A DNA stretch of 63,848 nt, the filler included, from Aduncisulcus paluster (lineage: Eukaryota): NCBI GenBank assembly GCA_024181965.1. It is 10 parts of 10 records of this genome, joined end to end, with 100 filler letters (N's around TTAATTAATTAA, not from the genome) between each part and the next. Parts side by side here need not be neighbours in the genome. Positions count along the whole stretch, not along the records: positions 17,914 to 28,436 come from BQXS01012383.1; positions 28,537 to 30,187 come from BQXS01012384.1; positions 30,288 to 34,715 come from BQXS01012385.1; 7 more parts are not named here. One strand, written 5' to 3'. The notes under the pieces are model-generated. The model did not search any database, was not told the DNA's origin, and saw only the letters and a list, made by a program, of their open reading frames with translations. This document shows positions 20,136-33,837 of the stretch, one piece after another. The translations under genes were made by a program, and so were the position numbers. How positions within the stretch are numbered: the stretch's first letter is position 1; the number at the start of each line of letters is the position of its first letter.

Positions 20136-23029
20136 TCATGCTCTCTTCTTCTTCTCGTTCAAATAAGTTGCAATTTGCATCCTTTTTCTGATATCATTTG
20201 TAGTTAAACCATTGTAGATTTCGAGGAAAATATCTGCAATTTCCCTTTTCTTTTCACACTTGCTAACCTTCAATGTTTTGTAATGCACAGTATCTTCGAG
20301 CTTGGGAAGCTCTTCCTTTCGTAATCTAATCATTTCATCAACCTGGCACATCAGCTTTGCAGGATTGTAAATATTTAATGCACCATGTGGGTAAGGGAAA
20401 GCTAATTTACCTCCTGAAAAGACAAAATATATACACAATCCCAAGGCATAGGCATCACATCGAGAAAGAATAAGATCCGTGGGATTCGAAAGATTTTGTA
20501 AAAGTTCCAATGGCCAATAGTGAGGATTTCCTTGAACATAATTCCTATTTTTAGAACAGCTCTCAGAAGAAGAATCTGAATCAGAGTACTCCTCTCTGTC
20601 AAATGATTCTTTTCTATCAATAACAGAGGGAGATGAAGAAAGAATTGATTCAACTTTGGCACAACCCAGATCACCAATGACAACTTCTCCATAATTCCCA
20701 CATCTTCGAAGAAAGAAATTTTCAGGCTTGATGTCTAAATGTAGAAATCTTTTCATTTTTTGAATGATCATTCCAAGAGAGCAAATCATTCCAGAACAAA
20801 TAGAAACAGCTTGCATAGATCCATCCTCAGTTCCAATTTCAGGTGAATCATACAAGCTATTTTCCCCTTTGAATATTTCCCAAATTGACCCACCTTTGCA
20901 ATGTTCCATCACAAGACATAATCTATCATCTTCTTCATCGAAATACCTTCCATATGGAACCGGAACGGGACAGAATTGGTGCTTGAATTCCTTGTATATT
21001 ATCCACTGATAATATAGTTCTCCCCTCGATTCATGAATATGAACACACTTTCCCCTAAGCTTCTTAACAATAACATTTAATTTTTTATATTTTCCTTCAT
21101 GAATTAAACTAAAGAGCCCGCTTCCAATGGCCATTGCACAGACTTTTACATGCTTGGAGTTGAGATCAAAACTCTGGTACCTTCGCAACCCAACAGATTT
21201 TTTTCTTGAATAACCACTAATACAATCTCTATTCTTATTTTTACACCACTTAAGGGCATCATCATATTTAGGAGAGATCATAGGAACAAGAGACGGAACA
21301 GCAGAGAACATGGAAATGAGTCCAGCCCAGAATATGATACCTGATTTGTGTTTTTTCCTCAGTATAGTTTTAAACCACTTATCAAGAAGATCTTTAACAC
21401 TATCAAAGACTTTGAGGGTTTGAATTGGATCACAGCATAAGTTGGAAAAAAAAGATAAAACCCATTCATGATTATCCTTAACAATCTTATCCCCAACAAA
21501 CTCTCTCTTAACAACATCAAAAACAGGGTGGAAGAGAGGCCAAGCTTCATAACAAAGGGATTTGTTAGGTGTTTTGCAATCACTTGAGAGGGTAATTTTT
21601 GATAGAATATACATCCAATATCCATAATACTTATTATCATTGTATATCCTTAGCCAATATCTAAAATATGGTTTGATGAGGGTGAGAATAGAAGATCGAG
21701 TCGAAAAAGTTGGAGAATTAGATATATTCCTGAGAGTTATCAATAAATGTAGAGCAATATTTCCACCCAACTTTTTCTCACTTCCTCTCTCAAGAATACG
21801 TTGGAAAGTGGGAGATATTTTGGGTAAGAAGGAATCCCATTTATCTTTAACTTTGAAAGTATAAATCATACAAATACAACAATACTCTTCATCAACATCT
21901 CCTTCCAAAACCTTTTCAACCCTTGATAAATGATCAATGAAAGTATCAATGAGATCATTCAAATCAGGATTAGGGAGAAAGATATTAGATCCAGAATTAT
22001 CATGGCAAACAAACCATCTTAAACACTTAACACAAAGAATAATCTCTTTCTTATGTTCTTCAATCTCACTCTCTGATTGGTACTCAAGGAATACAGAAAG
22101 GATCTCATCTCGATGTTCATGGTAGAGTTCAGCAGGTGGCTCAGAGTCAGAGCATCTCTTAATGGAATCAATTAATTTCTTCCATTTCTTGAGAGAAGCA
22201 AAACAATTACCAAGATACCTTGAATAATAATTGCTCCTTCCTCCATTTTTCATGCACCAATACATCTCATCATCAAATTTAGGTGAAAGTTGAGGAACAA
22301 TTGAGGGGATTTCTGATAGTATGGAAATAAGTTTGGACCAGCATTTAACACCGGCGCTATCATCTTTTTCTTCCTTATTCTTCTTTACCATCTCAAACCA
22401 ACTATCAAGAAGATCATCTTTGATGCATTCATGAATTTCAATGGCTTGGGAAGGAATGCAACTCAGATGAGCAAAGAATAATAAACAACGAACGATAGCT
22501 TCATCATCAAATGTTACACCCTTGAAATCTGTATCTTTAATCACATCCAAGACAGGATGGAAGACAAACCAGAGTTGTGAGGAACGAACTTTATGAGGGC
22601 GTTTGTTATCTTCATCAAGAGTGATATTCTTCAAAATGTTTGTCCACAACAAAAAGAACTTCTTGTCGGGATATTTCCTCATCCACGGTAAGATATGACG
22701 GATAAGAAGGGATAAAAGGGAATCTTTAGTGAAGTTACGATGAGAATAGGAAAATTTTCGACATATTTCGAGGATATCATTGGCAAAAGAATTCTCAAGT
22801 TTTTTGTATTCACCCAAAGTTAATATTTTGGAGAGAAGAGAATAGAATTGGGGAAATATTCTGCTTCGAATGGATTCAACTTTGTCAAGAGAGACATTTA
22901 GAATTCTAAACAATAACATTGTGATAGAGCTCACGCCAGCTTCTTTTTTTCCACTTTCTTCTTCTTCTTCTTCTTTTGCCATTTCTCCATTCATCCTCAG
23001 AACAGATTCAACTTTGATCATTTGAGGCA
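20136..23029 (-). CDS. 3' part of a large kinase gene: helical (ARM-like) repeats plus a C-terminal protein kinase domain
   Basis: GSGLFS, HLDIKPENF, DLG and GNPHYWPLE motifs, preceded by about 330-aa repeated helical units. Confidence 0.85.
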
Positions 23030-23049
23030 NNNNNNNNNNNNNNNNNNNN

Positions 23050-25755
23050 GCGTTTGCTACCTTCATCAAGAGTGATATTCTTCAAAATGTTTGTCCAATG
23101 CAAAAAGAACTTCTTGTCGGGATACTTCCTCATCCAAGGTAAGATATGAGGAAGAAGAATGAATAAAAGGGAGTCTTTGGTGGAGTTACGATGAGAATAG
23201 GAAAATTTTCGACATATTTCGAGGATATCTTCGATGAATGAATTCTCAAGTTTTTTGTATTCACCCAAAGTTAATATTTTGGAGAGAAGAGAATAGAATT
23301 GGGGAAATATTCTGCTTCGAATGGATTCAACTTTGTCAAGAGAGACATTTAGAATTCTAAACAATAACATTGTGATAGAGCTCACGCCAGCTTCTTTTTT
23401 TCCACTTTCTTCTTCTTCTTCTTTTGCCATTTCTCCATTCATCCTCAGAACAGATTCAACTTTGATCATTTGAGGCAAGAAAGAGTCAATGATCTTCTTG
23501 ATGGAAGATTCATCGAGGATGACCTCAATATCTTCTTCTCCATCTTCTTCTTTCGTAACTTTATGCTTCACGAACAGGGATAAACATTCGAAACAAAGAA
23601 CGAAGAGATCTCGATTGGATGTAATTGCAGAAGGAGAAGTTGCGAATTTACCAAAGATAGTCGTGAATCGAGGAAACTTTTGTTCCAACAAGGAGTATAA
23701 TCCATAATGTGTAGATATCGTTTTGATGGATAAAATGAGAGATTTCAATGCTTCTTCATTCTTCTTCGCTGTTTCTTGTTTGATGTCTATAATTCCTCGC
23801 TTTTTTTGAGTATTCATATTCCTCATCCTATAAACTACTCCATCAAATTCTTTCACACGAGAAGTTCTATTTGTTTTCTTTTTCTCTGTCTCTATTGATC
23901 CCTGTTCAATTTCAATTGCTCTCTCTGATTGTCTTACAATGAATGATTCATCCATTTCATGCCTTGTACTCTCACTCCATGAAGGTGGCATAGAAGATGA
24001 GTTTGAGTGGCTTCTTTCATATTCAGATTCTTCACCTGAGTAATCTTTTTCTCCATTTTCAAATTCATTTTCTTCTTCCTCTTCTTCTTCATATAAGTAA
24101 TCGTTTACAATACACCCCGGATCACCATTATGCTTGGCAAGCTGAACCTTCACAATATCGTCAATGGATGGACATTTCCACCCTTCTCCAATCTTTGGAA
24201 GAAGAGGTTTGATGGATTGAACCCTCTCACAGGCTTCATGAACACTCATACGCTCATCAATGTCAACCTTTATCAATCCTTCGAATATTTCATTCAGACA
24301 GGAATAAACAGGCTTGAACTTACCACCTTCAATAGTTTTTAGAGTTCTGAATAGATAAGAACTGGAGAGTTTTGGACCAATTCCTTCGGATAACAGCTTT
24401 AAGAGTTTTCCAACAAATTCAGTTGGAGAGGAAGCATTCTGCAAAAGACGCATGTCATAGAATGGATTGCGACACTGGAACAAAGCAAGAATGGTAATAC
24501 CGAGGGAATATGCATCACTTTTTTGAGAGTACATGTCCTGAAGAGCTTCAAATGAGTCATATCCAAATGTATCACACAATACATGGTTGGTTGATGATTT
24601 TGAACTTTTCTGAGATACACCCGTAGAAGAAGATTCCGAATAAAAATATTCAAGAGTAACAGATCTTTTGATTTGAGTGAGACCATGATCAGAAAGAACG
24701 GCAGTGCATTCACTACTTTTGCGATCAACCTTAATAAGAAAGTTCTCAGGCTTAATATCTCGATGAATGAACCCTGGATTAGCTTTAAATACATCATCAA
24801 GACACTCGATGATCTCAACACAGAGAGCACTCACTTTAAGAGGGTCAAGAGTCATGGGATCAAAACAATGAGGGAATGAATCAAGATCAGAGCTTGAATC
24901 TTTGGAATATTCGTCGGAACTTGAACCTGAAACTTCAGAATCTTCTTCTTTTTCATCAATTCCACTCTTCTTCAAACTTCTTGAGGAAGAAATATCTAGG
25001 ATGCACCAACTTCTGGTAAACTCTTTCACATTGCCTCCAGCATAATATTCCATGATAAAACCAAAATCACCCCTGTATTCCTTGTCAAGAAGGTCAAGAA
25101 TAAATATTGGATGAGAGAAACGATTTTTACAGTTTTCATATAATTTACGTTGTATTTTGAACTCTTTGCGACACCTTCGAACAAGATCTAAACTGCCAAC
25201 ATGTGTTATCTTCTTCAGAACACATGCGAAATCAACACCCTTAACATCAACATGAACAAGCAACACCTCTCCGAATCCATCATGACCAAGGATACACTGA
25301 GCAGTGATAAAATCAGCAGATGTCAATGTTATACTATCAGATTTGGATACATCCTCGGATTTGCCTGATCATTGTGGTTCAGAAGATGAAGGATTGTGTG
25401 AAGGAGCATTGATTGAAGGAAGACAATACTGATCTGCCCAATAATCACTCGAACTATCCGATTCATGATCTTTCGTAAGTATGGCTGAATGTGATGAGTG
25501 ATGAGAGAATGGATAATAACTTGTAGAAGCTAAATCAGAAGGGGAAGTTGATGAAACGGATGAAACAGAAGATACACCAATTTTATCCGTATCCTGAGCC
25601 ATTGAAGTTTCTTTTTCAGGCCTGCCCAGTTGAATACCATGAGTTGATGTGCTTGATGTCATATATCCTGGATCATCATGATCATATCGTTTGTCATGAT
25701 CACTTTGAGTTGATGACCTCGAAAATTCTTCCTTTTTCTCTTCGTCGTGTTCCAT
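23050..25755 (-). CDS. 5' part of a large kinase gene: Ser-rich leader, divergent kinase domain and helical repeat, interrupted by an in-frame TGA at 25369-25371
   Basis: GHDGFGEV, HRDIKPENF and DHG motifs. ORFs 25755-25369 and 25326-23050 share one frame. Paralogous to the gene at 35391. Confidence 0.75.
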
Positions 25756-26863
25756 ATATAAATATTGATCTGTGTTTATATGTTATTGGCGTATATTATA
25801 TTCGATAATGGTGTATTTTAACGAGACAATGATGAAAATCAGTCATGTGGACGAACTAAATAATATTGAAAAAATATTTCGGCATAATGGGTATTAATGA
25901 CGTACGTGATGGAGATTTTGTCGTATATAATTTTAGAGTGTTGTCCAAACGGCGTCAGTTGAAGCTCAAAAATTTATCAACTTATAATAGATGTTCTAAA
26001 TATTTTATTGGTTATAGTTTTGCACATAATGTTGTAACAATGTCATAAAATTGACTCAGATGGTAACCAGACAGTTGAATGATCTTGGTTAGTTTATTTT
26101 GTTACGTATACAATATTATTTCAAGTAATTACCTCCAAATGAATAACCATTGATCTTTATTACCTGAAATATTCAATTCTAAACATCGAAATATGATGTT
26201 TTATGCTCTTTCTTGGGATGAGTTTTTTATCAATGAGAATAAGAGTATAAAACACGATAAAATATCTAATTTCGTGTCAAAAACATCTTGTGGAGCAAAT
26301 GGCATGTTTTTATTGATTTGATTCCCTCTTTATACTGTGTCATTCATATCTTCTTCATTGTACAACCTCTTAAGAATATTTTCCCCGATATTCCTGGAGT
26401 ATCATGATAAAAACATAGCTTACAGACATTGCAACTCGATGTCCATGCCACTATTCCCCCTTTAACGCTTGTTGTTGTTTGTCAATGATGTCTGTTTGAT
26501 TCTCGAACCTTTTGATACCTATTGTTCTTTTTATTGTCATAAAACTGAACTCAAATGTTTGTTATTTGCCACACTACTCCCTAAAATACTGCTCACAAAT
26601 TTTAAACACTCAACTTTCTGAATCTGTTCGTTGCTCCTGGTTTTCACCCATTGTCTCTGAAAGTAATTGAGAAAATGACACCACCGTCCCTCGCTTTACT
26701 CAATTGAATCTCGAACAACGCATCAATAACATCACTTCACCAATCTCCTATCTACTCCTGAGGTAGTCACTGACCTTATATATTATATATGATTATTTAT
26801 TTATTTAATACTATTAAATTAATACTAGTAGTATTAAATTAATACCAATAAACGATGATTTAT

Positions 26864-28436
26864 TCAGCGAGGATCGTCAGTATCCATAATAATCTGTCCA
26901 ATTGAATCGCCCTTGTTCTTTTGATATTGCTCTTGGCCATATCCACAAATAGAACATCTTGAGAAAGTTAATGTTCCAATTTTAGACTTCAATTTTTCTG
27001 TCGGTAACACTGCATATGAGCAATTTGAAACGAAAACACTTTCACATTCCACACCATCTCCCGCATAACCACATTTCCCAGCATTAGAAGAGCAGTCAGA
27101 ACAATGTGAATGAGCTTTATAAATACCATCAACAATACATTTAGGAGTATGACTAACAATAGGATCTTCTATTCTATTGTCCCTTGTATGATTCTTCGTC
27201 AGAGTCGTAGTCAAACTCCTTATTGACGAATCTCCATGGATATGATTTTGAGTGCAGTTGATAATGTTTAATCTACCAGAACAGATGATTGAGAGCTCAA
27301 TCACATGACAGTGGGAAAGCGAAAGCATTGAAAGATGATGTTTTGAACCATCAGATAATGGTGGAATGTTGATTTGGCACCAAGACAGATCAAGATGTGT
27401 TGATGGATAAAATTGAAGAAGAGGAATGAGTGAAGAGGAAGTGATATCACATCCAATGATAGAAACATTATTGTAAGGAGTTATTGGGCGACGTAATGAT
27501 GGTGGGAATGAGAGAGATGTCAGAACAATCAGAGAATCATCGGAAGATGATGCATACTGTACTATTTTGGGAAGATGAGAAAGTTGGGATGACGAACGAG
27601 CGGATTGAGAAGAAGAACGATGAAGTTTGGAGGAAATACTCTCGATTTCGTCTTCCAGATGCTTAGTTTTCTTCCTTACTTCTTCCTCTTCCTCTTCTTC
27701 TTCTTCCTCTTCCTCTTCTTCCTCTTCCTCTTCTTCCTCTTCATCTCGGGGTTTGATTGTTTTGTCGGGATAATATGAATCTTTTCTTCTTTCACGATTA
27801 GAAAGAAAAGAAACGGTTTTCAAATCATCTTTAGTTTCAGTAGCTGAGAATTCAATTTCTGCTTTCTTACGATTGTCCACTTTTTCCATTCTTTTCTTTC
27901 TACTTCTTGAATTATCTTTCTTTTTCTTATTCTCCTTTCTCATTTCTATTTTTAGAAACTCATCATCGATATATTTAGCTTTTCTGTCATTCATCCGACT
28001 TCTTTTCTTCGCTCTTTCTTCTTCTTCCTCCTCTTCCTCCTCTTCCTCCTCTTCCTCCTCCTCTTCATCTTCTTCATAAACAATAAAATCTTTCATTAAT
28101 TTCTTTTGTCTTTCCTCTTCTCTCTCTTCCTCTTCCTTTTTTCTTTCTTCATTTTCTTCTTGATGAGATCTTTTTGGAGTCATATACTCTTCAATCCCAA
28201 AGCTTTGACTACCTTTTCCAGCAACAACATCAAAGGCCGTGAAAATATCAAAAGAAGAAGATTCTTCTTGTTTTGAACTTTGAGAATTACCATGTTCGTC
28301 TTTCATGTCATTGGATTCATTATTTTCATCAAAAGACGTTGGCATTTGTTTCAAAATATCTTTCCTCTTTTGTAACAATTTCTCCTGTTTGGACTTTGAT
28401 CCATGATCAGACTCTTCTTTTGTCTTTTCTTTCTTT
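26864..28436 (-). CDS. Partial hypothetical protein with poly-Glu tracts, a short LRR-like segment and a Cys-rich tail
   Basis: More than 500 aa of open frame from the contig edge; contains THLDLSWCQI. Confidence 0.75.
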
Positions 28437-28536
28437 NNNNNNNNNNNNNNNNNNNNNNNNNNNNNNNNNNNNNNNNNNNNTTAATTAATTAANNNNNNNN
28501 NNNNNNNNNNNNNNNNNNNNNNNNNNNNNNNNNNNN

Positions 28537-29057
28537 GTGTGAAGCTGAGAATGCAGTTGTTCACGATGGGCATATGCACTATTTGATCCGTCAATGGCCT
28601 CGTCAATTCGTTTCTGGGTGGAATCTTCCTCGTATTGCAGTTTGCGGATGGATCTATCGAAAAAGCTGCGTTCTTTACGTAAATTCTCAATGGTTTCACG
28701 AAGAACTTTCGTATTCGCAAGCTTTTTGTTCAGAGATGTGATGGCTTGTTCCAGTCTACCTTCTAAAATCTTTCTTTTCCTTTCGAGAGCTCCGTCGGTG
28801 ACTTTGCGGCCACTGACACGTGATTTACGCTTTCTCAACTCATTTAATCTACCTAAAAAATCTTTCAACATCTGTCTGTGGTGCGAAACATCATCACCAA
28901 GGGCAGAAATCTGAGCTAAAAGATCTTGTTTGTTTTTCCGAAGCTTTGAGACACGTTGCAAACCGTCCTTGGACGAATGACTCTTTGATGCTTGAGTTTC
29001 GTGGGCAAGTCGAGTTTCTAGAATTTGGTTTTCATATGTTAAACCTTCAATGAGCAT
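28537..29057 (-). CDS. Outer dynein arm docking complex subunit (ODA-DC2/CCDC114/CCDC63-like), 3' truncated
   Basis: ILEGRLEQAITSLNKKLANTKVLRETIENLRKERSFFD matches the family coiled-coil signature. Confidence 0.75.
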
Positions 29058-29181
29058 TCTATATTAAATAAACAATGGAAATAAATTTTGAAATTATAAC
29101 AAGAAAAATAAAAAAAGTTATCAATATTAACATAATATAATGGGCAATATTCAAACATACTTTTGCTGTCTGACAATTTTT

Positions 29182-29214
29182 TGAATCGGTTGTGAATCGG
29201 TTGTGAATCGGTTG
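29182..29214. repeat. 11-bp tandem repeat x3 (TGAATCGGTTG)
   Basis: Three perfect copies, directly visible. Confidence 0.95.
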
Positions 29215-29445
29215 TTCCTCCTGTATCCATTATTCTCACGTTCTATATTTAGAATCGAACTTTTAACTTATCTTAATATAGACCAGCTTTGCTTCATGAA
29301 GGAAGGAAGGAAGGAAGGAAGGAAAGAGGAGGATGAGAGGACCTTACTTCAATAATCTTCTACAATGATGAATAAAAAATGATGCATAAAAAATGCTCAC
29401 ACACAAGGTGGTTGGGGATAAGAATAACTATTATTTTGTTTCGTC

Positions 29446-30187
29446 TCAAAGATCATCAAACTCATCATCAAGTTTCTTAACGCTGGCCAATAACCAATGT
29501 TTCCCCCCCACTGTTTTATCATCAGCGTCAGTAGGGTAATCTTCTTCACGATCCAAAGCAACCTCTTCTAATGCTTCTCGATTAACAACGTTCTTTGTTT
29601 TTGCTTCCAGTTGTCTTGGAATTGAAGTTGAAGTTGACACGGTACTTTTCTTTTTCCTTCCTTGGTTCGTATCATCTTCCATCGTCGAATCTATCTTCCT
29701 TCTCTTACCTATTGTAGAAGAAGAAAAAGAAGAAGAAGAGAGAGAAACAGTAGCATCAGGGGCGTTTTGATTGAGTTCTAGAGACTCGGTAGTTGTCTTC
29801 TTCTTCTTCTTCCTCCTCTTCTTCTTCTTACTCTCCTCTTCCTCCTTTTGTTCTTTTGTTTGCACCTTCTCTGCCTCTTCTTCTCCAACTTCTCCAACCT
29901 CTTCTCCAACCTCTTCTTCTTTTTCTTTTTCTTCTTCTTTTTCTTCTTTTCCGAGCCGTTTCATTCTCTTTTGCTTAACTTTACCATCAAGAATCAGAGC
30001 TTCAGCTTCAGACAGTTCACGAGGAAAAGATGCGTATTTTGGATATTTTTGTTCAGCTTGAGAACGTTCTTTCCTGGATATATGCAGATAATTCAAGAAT
30101 CTAAGAGAAGGAATACCAGCAATTATTTTAGCACGAAGATCTTGGCAGAAGGTTTTATCTCCGGGGCTTTTTGGATGCTGAGTAATA
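29446..30187 (-). CDS. C-terminal fragment of a charged hypothetical protein
   Basis: ORF reaching toward the contig edge and ending ...KKLDDEFDDL-stop. Confidence 0.7.
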
Positions 30188-30287
30188 NNNNNNNNNNNNN
30201 NNNNNNNNNNNNNNNNNNNNNNNNNNNNNNNTTAATTAATTAANNNNNNNNNNNNNNNNNNNNNNNNNNNNNNNNNNNNNNNNNNNN

Positions 30288-33053
30288 TTCCTCAAACGTT
30301 CTTCTTCTGCTTTTCGTTTCCTCTCTTCTTCTTCCTTTTCTTTCTGTTTCCTTTCTTCTTCTTCTTTTTCTCTTTCCTTCTTCAAACGTTCCTCTTCCTC
30401 TTCTCTTCTCTTCCTTTCCTCTTCTTCTTTTTGCTTCCTCGTTTCCTCTTCTTTCCTCTTCTTTTCTTCTTCCTCTTCTTCTCTTGTCTCAGAAGTAGAA
30501 GAGTCTTCGTAGTTTATATCTTTCTCTTCTTCCTCTTCTTTCCCTTCAAGTTTCTCGTCTGCAACTTTCTCATCTGCAAGTTTCTCATCTTCAAGTTCCT
30601 CATCTTCAAGTTTCTCATCTTCAAGTTTTTCTTCTTCAATCTCATCTTCTTTCTCTTCTTTCTCTTCAAGATCAGATTCAAAAATATTTCTTTTTGTTTC
30701 TTCTTCCATTTTCTCCTGTTCTTTTGCTTTTCTCTTCTTCTCTTCTTCAATTTCTTTCCTCTTCTTTTCTTCTTCTTCCTTTCTTCTTTCTTCCTCTTCC
30801 TCTTCTTCTCTCTGCTTCCTCAAACGTTCTTCTTCTGCTTTTCGTTTCCTCTCTTCTTCTTCCTTTTCTTTCTGTTTCCTTTCTTCTTCTTCTTTTTCTC
30901 TTTCCTTCTTCAAACGTTCCTCTTCCTCTTCTCTTCTCTTCCTTTCCTCTTCTTCTTTTTGCTTCCTCGTTTCCTCTTCTTTCCTCTTCTTTTCTTCTTC
31001 CTCTTCTTCTCTTGCTTTTCTCTTCTTCTCTTCCTCTTCCTTCTCTTTTTCCCTCCTCATGGCCTGCTCTTCTCGCTCAGTGGCTTCATGAGCTCCGTTC
31101 TCGGCCAAAAGCTCGGCGGAATTCCTTTGTTGTTCTTCTTCTTCTTCCTTTTTCTTTTCTTCTTTTCCCTCTTCTTCCTTCTCCTCTTCTTGCTCTTTTT
31201 CTTGCTTAATTTTCACTTCATTTGATAGAATCTCAATGCTCTTTTGAATGCACAGAATGGAAGAAGAAAGTTGATCCAAAACATTCGATAAACTTTCCTT
31301 TTCCTCTTCTTTCTCTTCTTCTTTCTCTTCTTCTTTCTCTTTCTCTTCTTCTTGCTTAATTTGTCTAGACAAAACAACAGCAAAAGAATCAACTTTAGAC
31401 TCAAGAATCCTTATCTTCTCATTTAAATTCTTGAAACATGACCTTACTTCCTCATTCCATGAAGAAGAAGAAGAAGAAGAAGATACTTGTGGTTCTGGTT
31501 GTTTAATTGTAGCCACTACTGCTATTTTTGAAGATGATGAAGAAGAATTAATTTGTGAGAGATCCTTTTGATGATCTACTGATTGACTTCTGCTTTTTCT
31601 CAGCCTTCTTAGTTCACGTCCTTCNNNNNNNNNNNNNNNNNNNNTTCTCTTCTTCTTTCTCTTTCTCTTCTTCTTGCTTAATTTGTCTAGACAAAACAAC
31701 AGCAAAAGAATCAACTTTAGACTCAAGAATCCTTATCTTCTCATTTAAATTCTTGAAACATGACCTTACTTCCTCATTCCATGAAGAAGAAGAAGAAGAA
31801 GATACTTGTGGTTCTGGTTGTTTAATTGTAGCCACTACTGCTATTTTTGAAGATGATGAAGAAGAATTAATTTGTGAGAGATCCTTTTGATGATCTACTG
31901 ATTGACTTCTGCTTTTTCTCAGCCTTCTTAGTTCACGTCCTTCCTTCGCTTTTCTAAGTTTTTCTTTGACAAGAGACTGGTCAAATTCAGAGTCAATATT
32001 TTTCATGGAATTGGTGACATCTTCATCTGTGCTATTTTTAGAAGAGATACCGATTGTAGATGAAGAAACTGGCAAGATAATCTCAGAGGAACGAATCGGT
32101 TTGTTCGTAACATCCTCATCCCTCCTCGTGTGAGAAGAGGAAGAAGAGGAAGAAGAAGCGGAAACAAGAGAAGACGTCATGGATGCCGACATTGAGCCCA
32201 TTGGTTTCGATCTTAGGGAGGTTTCATGTGTCATTTTAGAGTCTTTTCCTTCTAATTTGGGTGTCTTTGAGAGGGTGGAAGCAGAAGAAACAAGAGAACG
32301 CGTGAACATGCTCAAAAAATCATCAGTGGAGGGTTCCTTGAGGTTAAAATAATCTCTATTTGATCCAGGATATGGTTCTTTCTCACATTTGTCATATTTA
32401 TAGGTTGGTTGAGGAACAGGATAGGGCGGGGTCTTATATTTTTCGAGGATATCTTGGCTTGGCGAGAATAAATCGGATAGGGCTTCTCTAGAAGATATTT
32501 TTTGTAACTTTTTACGTTGACGACGTTGCTCACGTAGTTTGCCAATGTCAATATCTGTATCATGGGGATCATCGCCTGTGGAATGGGAAGTCCGAGATGT
32601 CTTCCTTTTGTGTTGTCTATTTTTGGCTTTTTGAGCAAGTTTACGTGCTCTAAGAACAGAAGCGGATGCAGATCTCACCCTAGAAGGTGACGTGCTTTGA
32701 GGCTCAATAGGCTCAGTATAATCCATATTATCAATATAACTACCTGGCAATGCAATTTCTTTATGCTTTGGCGATACGGACTTCGGTGGAAGATCGGATC
32801 TAGGGATGTGAGAATATGTTTTTTCATCAGACCCAAGAGCAGAAGAAATAACGCCCGAGATGAGTTCATATTGAGATTTTCTAGGTGTTTTTGGTTTAGG
32901 AAGTGATTTAGATCTTATGGGATTGGTGTATCGACGATCATCTTGGGAAAAAAAATCACGAGCTTTGAATCGAAGATCTTCTTTCACTTTTGCATAAATT
33001 TCAAGTAAATCTGGAGGTAACTCCCCTATTCTTTCGTTGGATTGTTGGGACAT
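30288..33053 (-). CDS. Large low-complexity E/K/R-rich protein split by the scaffold gap at 31625-31644, 3' truncated
   Basis: Two ORFs joined by a ~300-nt overlap duplicated on both sides of the gap. Likely start MSQQSNER. Confidence 0.75.
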
Positions 33054-33240
33054 GGTATACAAACAAGTCACCGAGAAAAGGAAATTCAGTTGAGGTGATC
33101 CTGACAATTTATGGAAAATAAATTATATCCAAAATAGAAAATTAGATTCAATAAAATAATAGAAAATTTCAAAGGCCATCTAAAATTATAAACTGATGAA
33201 TTAGAATAAAACCTGATTTTGTCTGACTATACAACATAAA

Positions 33241-33384
33241 ATGGCAAAAGAAGGTGACATTACAGTTGAAAAATACATCCATAATCTTGTAGATGAAATG
33301 TGTAAGAAAATAGATGAAGTTACAGAGAAGGAAGTTAAAAAAATTCATCTCGTCGCTAAATCGATGATTGATGAACTTAAGTGA
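33241..33384 (+). CDS. 47-aa helical microprotein, possibly a survivin/Bir1 C-terminal-helix-like protein
   Basis: MAKEGDITVEKYIHNLVDEMCKKIDEVTEKEVKKIHLVAKSMIDELK-TGA. AAAATG context, divergent from the gene at 33053. Confidence 0.5.
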   Translation: MAKEGDITVEKYIHNLVDEMCKKIDEVTEKEVKKIHLVAKSMIDELK

Positions 33385-33703
33385 ATTCTTTCTCAATATA
33401 ATATGATGCACTCTAAAGGGAAAGAGCTTCCAGTCGATCATTAATTTATTTGGTGTCTTTATCTTATTATATTTGAGGTTAATCCAGACACACAAGAAAA
33501 GGACTTTAAGTGAGCAAGACAAAGGTTTATTTTGATCCGAGTGAGACATTTCAACAAACAATTGCTGTAGGATGCTGCAAATATGAAGTAATAATAAGAG
33601 ATATATCATGAGATATGAATTATTCGAAATAATGGTGAATAATAAAGATAAAAGTATACAACAACAGAAATATAAATATATAAAATATAGGATGTATGTT
33701 CTG

Positions 33704-33741
<38 letters not shown>

Positions 33742-33837
33742 GATAGATAGATATGAAAAAAGAAAATAAGAAAATATTTTAAAATGAATCAATTATACAC
33801 GATTTGAAAGACAAGACCATTCCTTGTTCACTTCGCT

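Noticed and set aside
26050..26800. Long intergenic stretch with mixed composition
   Set aside because: No sustained frame, repeat or RNA motif could be supported.
30431..31225. Phe/Leu/Ser-rich ORFs here and at 33169-33792, 62726-63744
   Set aside because: Antisense to E/K/R-rich coding sequence or AT-rich noncoding DNA.
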